Below, one piece after another: positions 46,007 to 56,500 of a stretch of 64,000 nucleotides of DNA (positions within the stretch are counted from its first letter, which is position 1; every line of letters begins with the position of its first letter). The notes beneath the pieces are model-generated. The model was not told the DNA's origin. It saw only the letters and a list, made by a program, of their open reading frames with translations, and ran no database searches. The DNA is from Vulcanimicrobiota bacterium (GTDB taxonomy: Bacteria > Vulcanimicrobiota > Xenobia > Xenobiales > JADMJV01). The position numbers and the translations under genes are program-made. The stretch covers positions 2,724,891-2,788,890 of the forward strand of contig JBFWNU010000001.1 of assembly GCA_050250895.1 (NCBI GenBank). Direction: 5' to 3'.

Positions 46007-47161
46007 ATGGGTCGCAGTCTCAATCTCACCGGTGCACTTCCACTTACGGCCGTCGAGCGGCCCCAGCGCAATGTCGTCGAGTTGCTCGAGAAGTCGCTGG
46101 TGCGATTGCCGGGGATGTCCCCCGAGGGACTCGCCGCCCTGCGCACCTACTCGGCTCAGGCTACCCAGGACAGCAGCCGTTTGCGGGATATGGACGGCAT
46201 CAAGAAGCCCGACTTCGATGACGTCTGGACCCGCCATCGCGATGCCGAGAACGAGGGGCCCACCAGCCGCAGCGTCAGTGAGTTGCAGCGCCGGCTGAGC
46301 CTGGACTGGGACCGAAATCCTGGCATCAAAGCCCTCATCGACGTGCTGACGCGCGAAGGGTTGGCCACTCCCGAGAACCTCTCTCACCTCGAGCGGATCT
46401 ATCGCACCCACGGCTCCGACGCGGCCGAGAAGGTGGCCAAGACCCTGGCTGACTTCGCCGGTCACTATCGCGACGGCCTGGGCGCCGAGCAGAAGCAGCT
46501 GATTTCGGATGCTCTCCACGATATCGCCGTGCCTTCCGACATCAACCAGCGTAACGTCGGCTCGTGCGCGGCCACGGCTGCCCAGATGAAGCTGGCCATC
46601 GAGAAGCCCGAGGAATATGCCCGCATCCTGTGCGACCTGGCCCGGGGGCAGAACACTGAACTGCTCAACGGAGACACCCTCCGGCCCAACGACACCTGGC
46701 GGGGCGACGGTGACGACCGCCGCAGCCTCTCGTGCAAGATCATGCAGAACGCCTTCATGCAGTATGCCCAGGGCAGTTACAACAGCAAGACCGGCAAGGA
46801 CGACGGCCTCAACTGGGGTCAGCAAGAGAACTTGCTGGAAGGCCTCTTTGGAGATAGCGACTACGATAACGACTCCACCGGCATGTTCACCGACAAAGAC
46901 GACCTCTACTCTTACGTCGAAGATGACCTGTCTCGCGGTCGGGCGGTGGTGGTTTCCTTCCCCAACCACGCCGTCACGGTGGTGGGCATCGACAAGCGCA
47001 GCACGCCCCACAAGGTCATCATCGACTCCTGGGGTGGCCAGTATAGCATGTCCGTCGAGGAGTTCAAGAAATACGTTCAGGCCGTGCGCAGCCTCGATGA
47101 CAGCGGCTGGGATGATCGAAAGACCCCCGACGGCCAGCTCACCATCGTGGGCGACCACTAG
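46007..47161 (+). CDS. Putative papain-fold (C39-like) cysteine peptidase domain protein
   Basis: GGAGG RBS; INQRNVGSC, NHAVTVVG, IIDSWG give a Q-C-H-D arrangement. Confidence 0.6.
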   Translation: MGRSLNLTGALPLTAVERPQRNVVELLEKSLVRLPGMSPEGLAALRTYSAQATQDSSRLRDMDGIKKPDFDDVWTRHRDAENEGPTSRSVSELQRRLSLDWDRNPGIKALIDVLTREGLATPENLSHLERIYRTHGSDAAEKVAKTLADFAGHYRDGLGAEQKQLISDALHDIAVPSDINQRNVGSCAATAAQMKLAIEKPEEYARILCDLARGQNTELLNGDTLRPNDTWRGDGDDRRSLSCKIMQNAFMQYAQGSYNSKTGKDDGLNWGQQENLLEGLFGDSDYDNDSTGMFTDKDDLYSYVEDDLSRGRAVVVSFPNHAVTVVGIDKRSTPHKVIIDSWGGQYSMSVEEFKKYVQAVRSLDDSGWDDRKTPDGQLTIVGDH

Positions 47162-47361
47162 CAACTTCGCCCCGGGAAAAGGAGTACTTACTCGCCTCCA
47201 GGCTCTCTCTCTCGAGCCGATAATCACGGGGTCCGACCTGGTTTTGACCGGTGACCCCGCTGGTGAAAAGGACTTTCCACGAATTTTGGGGGTAGGCAGG
47301 CCCGCCTTGAGTCAGCACGAAATTGATGACCTGGGGGAGTCTCGCAGGGAAAGGGTCTTTC

Positions 47362-49458
47362 TTGTCCGAGAGAGAGACAATAGACGAGTTCGAAGAGCCG
47401 AAGGGCCACATCCTGGTGGTTGATGACGAGGAGATCAATCGTGACCTCCTTTCTCGACGCTTAGAGAAGCGCGGCTATCTCGTGACGACTGCTGTCGACG
47501 GCACCGAAGCGCTCGACTTTGTCGAACAGAACGCCTTCGACATGATTTTGCTCGACATCATGCTGCCCGGCATCGACGGCATCGAGGTGCTCGAGCGAAT
47601 TCGTCGCGTCCACGCCGCCAGCGAGCTTCCCGTCATCATGGTCAGCGCCAAGGATGACAGCGAAGGCATCGTGCAGGCCCTGACCCTGGGCGCCAACGAC
47701 TATGTCACCAAGCCGGTGGATTTTCCGGTCGTTTTCGCCCGCATCCAGACCCACCTCAACCATCGCCAGGTGAAGATTGCCCTCAAAGAGAGCGAAGAAC
47801 GCTATGCCCTGGCTCTGGCCGGGGCCAACGACGGCCTCTGGGACTGGGACCTGCGCACCGACCGCGTCTATTACAGCCCCCGTTGGAAGGCCATGCTGGG
47901 CATCGGCGAGGCGGAGTCGGTGCTGGCCTCGCCCGAAGAATGGTTTGGCCGCGTCCATCCAGATGATCTGCCTGAACTCAAGGAACGATTGCAGCGCCAT
48001 CTCGAGCAAGGCACGTCGCACTTCGAGAGCGAGCATCGCATGCTCCACACCGATGGCTCCTATCGCTGGGTGCTCAGCCGAGGAATGGCCGTGCGCGACT
48101 CCCAGGGCGAGGCTTATCGGATGGCCGGCTCCCAGTCGGACATCACGGCCCGTAAGGTCTATGACCCCTTGACCGGCCTGCCCAACCGGGTGCTGTTCAT
48201 GGACCGTCTCTCCCACGCTTTGCGCCGCTTCAAGCGCTACAAGAACTACGAGTTTGCGGTTCTCTTGCTCGACCTTGACCGGTTTCGTATCGTCAACGAC
48301 AGTCTCGGTCATCACATCGGCGATCAGCTGTTGATTCACATGGCCCGACGTCTCAATCTGTGCGTGCGCACCGGCGACACGGTGGCCCGCTTCGGCGGCG
48401 ACGAATTCACCATTTTGCTCGACGATATCAAGGACGTCAGCGACGCCACGCGCGTAGCCGAGCGCATTCAGCAGTCCCTCAAGACGCCTTTCCGCCTCGA
48501 GGGCCACGAGGTCTTCACCACCACCAGCGTGGGTATCGCTCTGTCGGCCACCGGCTACGAAGTGCCCAACGACGTGGTGCGCGACGCCGATACCGCCATG
48601 AACCGGGCCAAGGCCCTGGGCAAGGCTCGTCACGAGATGTTCGATCGGGCTATGCACACCCAATCTTCCAAGCGGCTGCAGCTCGAGACCGACCTGCGCA
48701 AAGCCGTCGAGCGCGAAGAGTTCGTGGTTTACTACCAGGCCATCGTGTCTCTAGAAGACGAGTCGATCAATGGTTTTGAAGCACTGGTGCGGTGGATGCA
48801 CCCGACCCGCGGCATGGTGCCTCCCGACGAATTCATCTCCATCGCCGAAGAGACCGGATTGATCCTGCCCATCGACAAATTCGTGCTGCGCGAGGCCTGC
48901 CGTCAGACCAAAGAGTGGCAGGCCGAGTTCGGTCCCCTGACGATTAGTGTGAACCTCTCGGCCAAGCAGTTCGCCATGCCCAACATCGTGCTCGAGATCG
49001 ACCAGGTGCTCGAGAAGACGGGGCTCAATCCTAACGACCTCAAAGTCGAGATCACCGAGAGCGCCCTGATGGACAATGCCGACTCGGCAGCCGAGATCTT
49101 CCGACAACTCAAGGCTCGCAACGTGCGCCTCGGACTTGACGACTTTGGCACCGGCTACTCATCCTTGAGCTATCTGCACCGTTTTCCTCTCGACACCCTT
49201 AAGATCGATCGCTCGTTCGTCAGTCGGATGGACAACACGGGCGAAAACGAGGCCATCATCCGCACCATCGTTTCCTTGGCCCAGAACATGGACTTTCAGA
49301 CGGTGGCCGAAGGTATCGAGACCAGTTCTCAGTTTAGTTCGCTACGCGAACTCGAGTGTCTCTACGGTCAGGGGTATTTCTTCTCGAAGCCGATGCCGCC
49401 TGAGGAGGCCGAGCAACTCCTGGCCCGGAAAGTAGGGAGGCTGAAGGCTCAGCCCTGA
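47362..49458 (+). CDS. REC-PAS-GGDEF-EAL diguanylate cyclase/phosphodiesterase
   Basis: ILVVDD..DIMLP..KP; DGLWDWD PAS; ARFGGDEF; [17 protein letters not shown]; start approximate. Confidence 0.93.
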   Translation: MSERETIDEFEEPKGHILVVDDEEINRDLLSRRLEKRGYLVTTAVDGTEALDFVEQNAFDMILLDIMLPGIDGIEVLERIRRVHAASELPVIMVSAKDDSEGIVQALTLGANDYVTKPVDFPVVFARIQTHLNHRQVKIALKESEERYALALAGANDGLWDWDLRTDRVYYSPRWKAMLGIGEAESVLASPEEWFGRVHPDDLPELKERLQRHLEQGTSHFESEHRMLHTDGSYRWVLSRGMAVRDSQGEAYRMAGSQSDITARKVYDPLTGLPNRVLFMDRLSHALRRFKRYKNYEFAVLLLDLDRFRIVNDSLGHHIGDQLLIHMARRLNLCVRTGDTVARFGGDEFTILLDDIKDVSDATRVAERIQQSLKTPFRLEGHEVFTTTSVGIALSATGYEVPNDVVRDADTAMNRAKALGKARHEMFDRAMHTQSSKRLQLETDLRKAVEREEFVVYYQAIVSLEDESINGFEALVRWMHPTRGMVPPDEFISIAEETGLILPIDKFVLREACRQTKEWQAEFGPLTISVNLSAKQFAMPNIVLEIDQVLEKTGLNPNDLKVEITESALMDNADSAAEIFRQLKARNVRLGLDDFGTGYSSLSYLHRFPLDTLKIDRSFVSRMDNTGENEAIIRTIVSLAQNMDFQTVAEGIETSSQFSSLRELECLYGQGYFFSKPMPPEEAEQLLARKVGRLKAQP

Positions 49459-49511
49459 AGCTGACCAACTACATAGACCGCTTCGTTCCTGGCTCGTTAC
49501 GCTCGGAGGGC

Positions 49512-50834
49512 GTGGACCCGTTTCGTCGCTCGCGTCTGGTGGTGGGCTTTTCCTGGTTGGGCGGGTTCTGGTGCCTGGTTTTCTCGTTCATGTTCTCGGT
49601 CCAGTTCCACGAGACGCCGGCCGCCTATGCCAGCCTGGCTGCTTGCTTTTTGTGTCTGCTGACGCCGATGGTTTTACGTTGGACGGGCTCTCCGACGGCG
49701 GCAGGCAACTATCTGTTGAGCGTGGCCTTTCTCACTCTGGCCTTCTTTTCATGGAACTTCGGCGGTTACAAGGCACCGGCCCTGACCTGGACGGTGTTGT
49801 TGCCCATGGTGGCCATCATGGTGGCCGACAACCGCTCGGGGGTGGCCTGGTCGTGCGTGGTCATTGCCCTGGTCATCGGTCTCTACTTCGCCGATCTGTT
49901 CGGTTATCAAGCTCCCGAACTGCTGGCCCCCGAGGACATGCGCATCGTGGCCTGCGTGGCCACCATCGGCCTCATGGTGCTCATCGTGCTCTTCACCCTG
50001 CTCTACGAGACCTTCAAAGACCGCACCCTCGAGCGACTCAAGATGGCCAATCTCAAGCTTTCCGAAGCCCGCGACCGGGCGCTGGAGGCCAGCCGCACCA
50101 AGAGCACCTTCCTGGCCAATATGAGCCACGAACTCCGTACGCCACTGAATGCGGTCATCGGCTACAGCGATATGCTGGTGGAAGAGGAAGCCATCCGCCC
50201 TGAAGAGTTCCAGGCCGACCTCAAGCGTATTCGCGCGGCCGGCAAGCACCTGCTGCGGCTGGTCAACGACATCCTCGATCTGTCCAAGAGCGAAGCCGGC
50301 AAGATGGAACTCGAGATCGACGATTTTGCCCTCAAGCCGCTGGTCGAGGAGCTGGTCGAGACGATGGCCCAGTCGGCGGTCAAAAACGAGAACGCTATAG
50401 CCTGCGAGTTCGGCGCCTCGCTGGGCGAGATGCGCAGCGATGCCACCAAGGTCCGCCAGTGCCTCTACAATCTGCTCAGCAATGCCTGCAAATTCACCCA
50501 CGGAGGCAAGATCGTGGTGACGGTGAAACGGCTCAGCATCGACGGCCGCGAATGGTTCGAATTCTGTGTTAGCGACACCGGCATCGGGATGACCCCGGAG
50601 CAACGGGCGCGGGTTTTCGAACCGTTCGTCCAGGCCGACACCACCATGGCCCGCCGCTACGGCGGAACCGGACTGGGTCTGTCGCTGACGGTGCGCTTCT
50701 GCCAACTGCTGGGCGGCACGCTGGCGGTCGAATCCGAAAAAGGCAAAGGCTCGATCTTCACCCTCATTCTCCCCGCCGAAATCGACGGCGCGGCCGAAGA
50801 ACTGCTGGCTCTTCCCGGCGAGCAGGACCTGTAG
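49512..50834 (+). CDS. Membrane sensor histidine kinase
   Basis: Several TM helices; [37 protein letters not shown]; frame is open back to CTG 49455. Confidence 0.92.
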   Translation: MDPFRRSRLVVGFSWLGGFWCLVFSFMFSVQFHETPAAYASLAACFLCLLTPMVLRWTGSPTAAGNYLLSVAFLTLAFFSWNFGGYKAPALTWTVLLPMVAIMVADNRSGVAWSCVVIALVIGLYFADLFGYQAPELLAPEDMRIVACVATIGLMVLIVLFTLLYETFKDRTLERLKMANLKLSEARDRALEASRTKSTFLANMSHELRTPLNAVIGYSDMLVEEEAIRPEEFQADLKRIRAAGKHLLRLVNDILDLSKSEAGKMELEIDDFALKPLVEELVETMAQSAVKNENAIACEFGASLGEMRSDATKVRQCLYNLLSNACKFTHGGKIVVTVKRLSIDGREWFEFCVSDTGIGMTPEQRARVFEPFVQADTTMARRYGGTGLGLSLTVRFCQLLGGTLAVESEKGKGSIFTLILPAEIDGAAEELLALPGEQDL

Positions 50835-50887
50835 GCTCGCCAGGGAGCCGGCCTTTGGCCGGAGAGGGGAGCGCTCGCTGCGCTCGC

Positions 50888-51199
50888 GGGATAAGGAGCG
50901 GCCTTCGGCCGGGAAAAGGAGCGACCTTCGGCCGGGATAAGGAGCGACCTTCGGCCGGGATAAGGAGCGGCCTTCGGCCGGGATAAGGAGCGGCCTTCGG
51001 CCGGGATAAGGAGCGGCCTTCGGCCGGGATAAGGAGCGGCCTGCGGCCGGGATAAGGAGCGACCTTCGGCCGGGATAAGGAGCGGCCTTCGGCCGGGATA
51101 AGGAGCGGCCTTCGGCCGGGATAAGGAGCGACCTTCGGCCGGGGAAAGGAGCGGCCTTCGGCCGGGATAAGGAACGACCTTCGGCCGGGGAAAGGAGCG
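50888..51199. repeat. 23-bp tandem repeat, 13 copies plus partial
   Basis: Unit GGGATAAGGAGCGGCCTTCGGCC with minor variants, period 23 from 50888. Confidence 0.95.
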
Positions 51200-51264
51200 A
51201 AGCTCGCTGAGCTCGCTTCGGGAAAGAAAAAAGCGGCCCAAGGCCGCTCTCAGCGCGCAGCGCT

Positions 51265-51505
51265 GCTCCTTCTCCCGGTGGCGAAGCCACCGCTCCTTGT
51301 CGAGGCGGAGCCTCGAGATCTCCGGGCGAAGCCCACGGCTCCTTCTCCCGGTGGCGAAGCCACCGCTCCTTGTCGAGGCGGAGCCTCGAGATCTCCGGGC
51401 GAAGCCCACGGCTCCTTCTCCCGGTGGCAAAGCCACCGCTCCCTGTCGACGCGACAGCGTCGAGATCTCAGCCGCAGGCTGCTCCCCTTCGAGGCGAAGC
51501 CTCGA
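51265..51505. repeat. 73-bp tandem repeat (2 identical copies plus a degenerate third) made of short hairpins
   Basis: Copies at 51265, 51338, 51411 containing GGTGGC-GAA-GCCACC, GAGGC-GGA-GCCTC, GGGC-GAA-GCCC. Confidence 0.92.
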
Positions 51506-51507
51506 TT

Positions 51508-52383
51508 CTACATATCGTCGAGAGCTTTGTCGACCATCTGGTTGTAGTCTTTGACCACGTCGACCGAGCTACTGACGGCTTCACCATAGCCTTTGGTGTA
51601 GCCTTTGTAGGCGCCGGTGGCGATGCCGTAGACGGCTCCGCCGACCAGACCCAGCGGGGTGGCGATCACGGCCGCGACTGGTAGCAGGGCGCTGCCGACG
51701 ACTTTCAAGGGCAGGCTGGCCTCGCTGCTCCACATCTCGTCATAGCACTTGAAGAGGGCGCGAGGGGTGTGGAGCAGGGTCACGGCGCCGATGCCGAGAC
51801 CGTCGACCACACCAGCGGTGGCGCCGGCGGCCAGGCCTTTGGCGCCGCCCGCGATGCTGATGTCGAAAGGCTCTTCGCCGGGCTCGAGTTCGTCGGTCTC
51901 ATACTCCTGCAGCTCCTTGACCAGCTTGCCGGCCAGATCCGTGTGGAAGGTCTTCACGTCTTCGACGCCTTGTTTGACAGCGCCGCCGAAGCCGTTCTCG
52001 ATGCCCTCGGTGAAGCCGCGATAAAGGCCGAAACCGGCCGAGCCCAAAGCGGTCAGAACCGGAGCGGCGATGACGGCGGCGGGCAGGGTGAGGGCGATGC
52101 AGGTCTTGATGACCGGACCCAGCTGAGGGGTGGCGAACAGCGCTTTATAGGCGTGATAGGTGGCTTTCGGGGCGTTGATGATCGAGGAGGCGGTGTTGCC
52201 GACCGTCTCGATGCCGGCTACGGCTACGGCCGCGCCGAGGCCCGTGAAGGCCTGGCCCCAGGTAACTTTGTCTTCGTCCACGCCCTGGCTGCTGATGGGG
52301 GCGTCCTGGGGAGCCGGGGCAGGTTTGTTGGCGCTCAGAGTGCGCGCGTAGGCGTTGTTATAAGGAAGTGTGGTGACAGTCAT
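51508..52383 (-). CDS. Hypothetical Gly/Ala-rich protein with two homologous hydrophobic halves
   Basis: GGAGGG RBS before ATG 52383; duplicated pattern P.A....Y..(L/M)...LP.A.V(I)A.P....G....G...G..(E/K)G...G..AV...V..VK. Confidence 0.7.
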   Translation of the reverse strand: MTVTTLPYNNAYARTLSANKPAPAPQDAPISSQGVDEDKVTWGQAFTGLGAAVAVAGIETVGNTASSIINAPKATYHAYKALFATPQLGPVIKTCIALTLPAAVIAAPVLTALGSAGFGLYRGFTEGIENGFGGAVKQGVEDVKTFHTDLAGKLVKELQEYETDELEPGEEPFDISIAGGAKGLAAGATAGVVDGLGIGAVTLLHTPRALFKCYDEMWSSEASLPLKVVGSALLPVAAVIATPLGLVGGAVYGIATGAYKGYTKGYGEAVSSSVDVVKDYNQMVDKALDDM

Positions 52384-52619
52384 TTGGTGTATTCCCTCCG
52401 AATACTGTATGTATTTTTGTATTTCAGAATCTGAGGCACGGTTGGCGGACCGGGCACCAGGCGAAATCATTTGCTTGCGTTCCTGTCTTATCAACCGCAT
52501 ATGGCCGCTCTATTGCGCTGTTGTTAAAAGTGGGACACGTTTGGCATCTCGGCCGCGGCGGGTATATCTACGGGACTACGCGAGGTCGCTGCCGCGGCCC
52601 GATCTGGAGGAAAAATTAA

Positions 52620-53240
52620 ATGGCAACCAAGACCGCTTTTGAGCTTCCCGCGCTCCCTTACGCTCACAACGCCCTCGAGCCTCACATCGACGCTCGGACC
52701 ATGGAAATTCACCACGGCAAGCATCACGCCGGCTATGTGACCAAGCTCAACGCAGCCCTGGAAGGTCACGCCAACCTGCAGGCCATGAGTATCGAAGAGC
52801 TGATGAGCAAACTCAACGAGGTGCCCGAGTCGATTCGCACGCCTGTGCGCAACAACGGTGGCGGCCACGCCAACCATTCACTCTTCTGGCAGATTATGGG
52901 TCCCGCCGCCGGCGGCGCTCCCAGCGGCAAGCTTGGCGACGCCATCAAGGCAGCCTTTGGTAGCTTCGACAACTTCAAAGAGAAGTTCGCCGACGCCGCC
53001 GCCTCTCGCTTCGGTAGCGGTTGGGCCTGGCTGGTGGTCAACAACGGCAAGCTCGAAGTGATGTCGACTCCCAATCAGGACACCCCCCTGATGGAAGGCA
53101 AGACCCCCATCCTGGGGTTGGACGTGTGGGAACACGCCTACTATCTGAACTATCAGAACCGCCGCCCTGACTACATCTCCGCCTTCTGGAATGTGGTCAA
53201 CTGGGCCAAGGTGGCCGAGAACTTCGAATCAACAAAGTAA
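52620..53240 (+). CDS. sodA: Superoxide dismutase, Mn-type signatures
   Basis: [44 protein letters not shown]. Confidence 0.95.
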   Translation: MATKTAFELPALPYAHNALEPHIDARTMEIHHGKHHAGYVTKLNAALEGHANLQAMSIEELMSKLNEVPESIRTPVRNNGGGHANHSLFWQIMGPAAGGAPSGKLGDAIKAAFGSFDNFKEKFADAAASRFGSGWAWLVVNNGKLEVMSTPNQDTPLMEGKTPILGLDVWEHAYYLNYQNRRPDYISAFWNVVNWAKVAENFESTK

Positions 53241-53263
53241 CCTATATCGGCGGCTCCCCGACC

Positions 53264-53299
53264 CAGGAAGACCTTTCCCCCGGGGGAAAGGTCTTCCTG
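53264..53299. terminator. Perfect 36-bp palindrome downstream of sodA, probable terminator/stability hairpin
   Basis: CAGGAAGACCTTTCCCCC-GGGGGAAAGGTCTTCCTG; no strong U tail. Confidence 0.6.
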
Positions 53300-53535
53300 C
53301 GTTAAGAAAGTCACGTCCCGCCCTCGGGTGACCGGTGTTTTCCGTTGGTCAGTCGGGGCGAACTTCCTTTCGGGTTCAGGGGGATTCCGCCCCGTATTGA
53401 TAGAAATTCACCTTGCCCACGTTGCCCTGAGGCAGGCCCAGAGTCCTCGGATTTGCAGGAGCCGTATGCCCGCGTCAGAAACGCTTCGTGCGGTAGGGGA
53501 GTAGATGAAAGGCCGGTTGAGTTCCCCGAAAAAGG

Positions 53536-56500
53536 GTGCCCAAGTGGTCGGTTGGCATTTTGGCGGACGAAACGAAAACGGTACGTAAGAGACCGAAAGA
53601 GGCGGAGGTAGAAGCTCCCGGCTCTAGGGCCGAGGAGATTCTTGCTGCCTACAAGCGTTCCCAAATCACGGCCAAAAAGCTCAAGATCCGTCTTGACAAG
53701 GTCAGCGCCCAGGCCAAGGATTACAAGCGCGAACTGGCCGAAATGGAGCGCGAGCAAAAGCGCAACGCCGCCACCATCGCCCGCCTCGAGAAAGAGCTGG
53801 CCAGCGGCGAGGGCGGGGGCGGATCCGGTCGAGAAGCGGCCCTGACCGCCAAGCTCGAAGCCTCGCGACGTAACAACGCCAAGCTCAAAGACGCTTATCA
53901 GGCCAAATCCGAGAAGGTGGCCGAGCTGACGGCTGCCAACAAGCGCCTGGAAAAGGCCGTCAAAGGCGATTCGAGTCAGCTGGCCGCCGAGGTCAAGCGG
54001 CTCGAAGAGTTGCTGGCTCAAGCTAGCGGTGGCGCCGATCCCGAAGAACTCGACGAACTCAAACTTCAACTCGAGGCCCACCAGGATCTACTGTCGGAGG
54101 CCGAGCTGCGCGTGGCCGAACTCGACGAGGGCCTGGCCGAACGCGATGCCAAGGTTTCTGAACTCGAGCGCAAGGTGGCCGGGCTCGATAGCCAGCTGGC
54201 GGTTCAAGAGGGCAAGATCGAGCTGCTCGAGAGCGAACTCTCGGGGGCCACCGCCACCGCCACGCAAGAGAAGGAGGCGGCCGAAGAGCTGCGCTCGGAA
54301 CTCGAGTCGTCCACCCTCCTCATCGCCGATCTCGAGGGCCTGCTCAACGAGCAGGAGACCCGCATCAGCCAGCTGGAAATCGAGTTGACCGAGCGCGAGG
54401 CCGCGCTGGTCGAGGCTCAGAGCGATCTCAAAGAGACGGCCGAGAAGCAGCTGGCCACCGTCGAGGCCAAGCTAGCCCACAAAGAGGGCCAGCTGGAAAT
54501 GCTCGAGAGCGAGTTCGCCGGCGCCAAGTCTCGGGTCGAGGAGCTGCAGGAGGAGCTCGAAGCCCAGAATTCGCTGACCGGCGAGCTAGAAGAGCTTCTC
54601 AACGCCAAAGACCAGGAACTGGAAGAGCTGGCCGCCGAGTTCGATGCCGCTACCAGCAAGGTCGAAGAACTCGAAGAGACGGCAGCCGCCCGCACGGCCG
54701 AAGTGGAAGCTCTCGAGCAGAGCATCGGTGAGCTTCAGGCCGAGCTTAAGACCTCGCAGGAGCTACTGGCCAAAGAAAAGTCCGAACGCGACAGCGACCG
54801 CCAGAATATCGCTCGACTCGAGGCCAAGCACAAGCGCAGCGAAGAGGTGCTCGAGACGGTCAAGAACCGCTACGAGCAGCTGCGCGAGGCACTCAAAGCT
54901 CATAAAGAGAAGGCTCTCACCCTCAAAGAGCACCTGGTGGCTGCCCTCGAGCGAGCCGAGGGCGCCGAAAGGCGGGCCGAAGAACTCGAGCGCCAGAAGG
55001 GTCAGCTCGAGAGCCAGTTGACCACCCTCAAGGGCACCCTCGCCGACACCGAGAATCGGGCCGAGGAGCTGGAAGGGACCCTGCTCGACACCGAGTCCGA
55101 GCGGGCTCAGGCGGCCTTTCGGGTCGAAGAACTCGAAGAACAGCTGGCCACCAGCAAAGCCGAGGTCGACGAGCTCGCTACCGAGCTTACGGCCGTCCAG
55201 GACGCCAAGAGCCTCAGTGAGGACCGGCTGGCCGAACTCGAGCCAGAACTCGAAGAAACTCGAGCCCTGTTGGATGAGGCCCTGGCCACCTCAGAAGAAG
55301 CCAGCCTGAAAGTGGTCGAACTCGAACAGTCCAAGAACGAGGCCGAGGCGGCTCTTGAAGAACTCAGAACGGAATTGGTGTCGGCTCAGGAGGAAGTCAG
55401 CTCGCTAACCGAGGCTCTCGACACCACCGACGAGCAACTCAACGGGGCTCAACAAGAGATCGAGACCCTGCAGGCGCAGCGGGACAAGCTCGACGAGGAT
55501 CTCAACCTTTCCCTGGGGCGCGAGCAAGAGCTCAACTCGAGGCTGGCCATCGAGGGACGCAAAGTGGCCAAGCTCGAGGCCGCCTTCAACGAAGCCAGAA
55601 CCAAGCTTCAGACGGCAGTCGGCAAATATGCGGCCATCAAAGAGACGGTCTTTCACAAGCAGACTCGCCTGGATGAACTCAAGGTCGCCCTCGATCAGGC
55701 CACCAGCGAACGCGACGCCAGGACCCAGCAGCTAGAAGCCCTCCAAGAGAGGGTGGTCGAGCTCGAGGCCCTCATCGAAGTGGGTCAGCAAGAGCAAGAG
55801 CTTTTGCGCAACGAGCTGAGCGAAGCCAACGAAATCATCGCCGAGCGAGCCTCTCAGGTCGAAGGGCTCGAGAACGAACTGGCCGACCGTGACGCGGCCG
55901 CCGAGGACATGGCCACCACGCTCGAGTCTCACGAGCAAGAGATCGAGCGCCTGACCGAAGAGGTCGAGCGGCTGGCCCAGGCCGAGACCGAGCTGGCCGA
56001 GATACGCCTGGAGTTCGAAGCGGCTTTGCTCGAGGTCGCCCAACTGGGCGAGACCATCGAAGCGCAGGCCGAGCAGCTGCAAGAGAAAGACCAGGAGCTG
56101 AGCGCGCGCGCCGAGCGGGTGAGCCGCCTCGAGGGCGGATTGTCCGACGCGGCCACTAAGTTGAAAGCGGCCAAGGAGCGGATCGCCGCTCTCGACGCCG
56201 AGTTGCGCAAGGCCGTCGATAAGCATCGGCGTCAGGCGGAAGAGCTCAACCGCCGCTCGCGCCAATTGACCGAGATGGAGGCGCGGCTGGCCCAGACCAC
56301 CGAAGGGGTCCATGCCAAAGACACCCTGCTCGAGCAGGTGCAGTCGCGCCTCGAGGCCGGCCATTCTCAGGTCGAAGAGCTGCAGGCCGAGCTGGCTAGC
56401 CGCGAGGCAGAACTCGAGGACCTCAACTTCGAACTCGAGCGGCTGGGCGAGCTGGAAGAGGTTCTGGTCAAGAAAGAAGACGAACTCGAGCGCCTGCATG

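Noticed and set aside
50888-51505. CRISPR array or coding repeat (ORFs 49749-51290 and 50657-51436)
   Set aside because: No spacers; the ORFs are translations of the DNA repeat and overlap the real kinase antisense
53459-53500. Group II intron domain V-like GAGCCGTATGC...CGTGCGG hairpin
   Set aside because: Basal pairing is broken (CGGTAG rather than CGGTTC), geometry is off, and no other intron domains or RT gene are nearby
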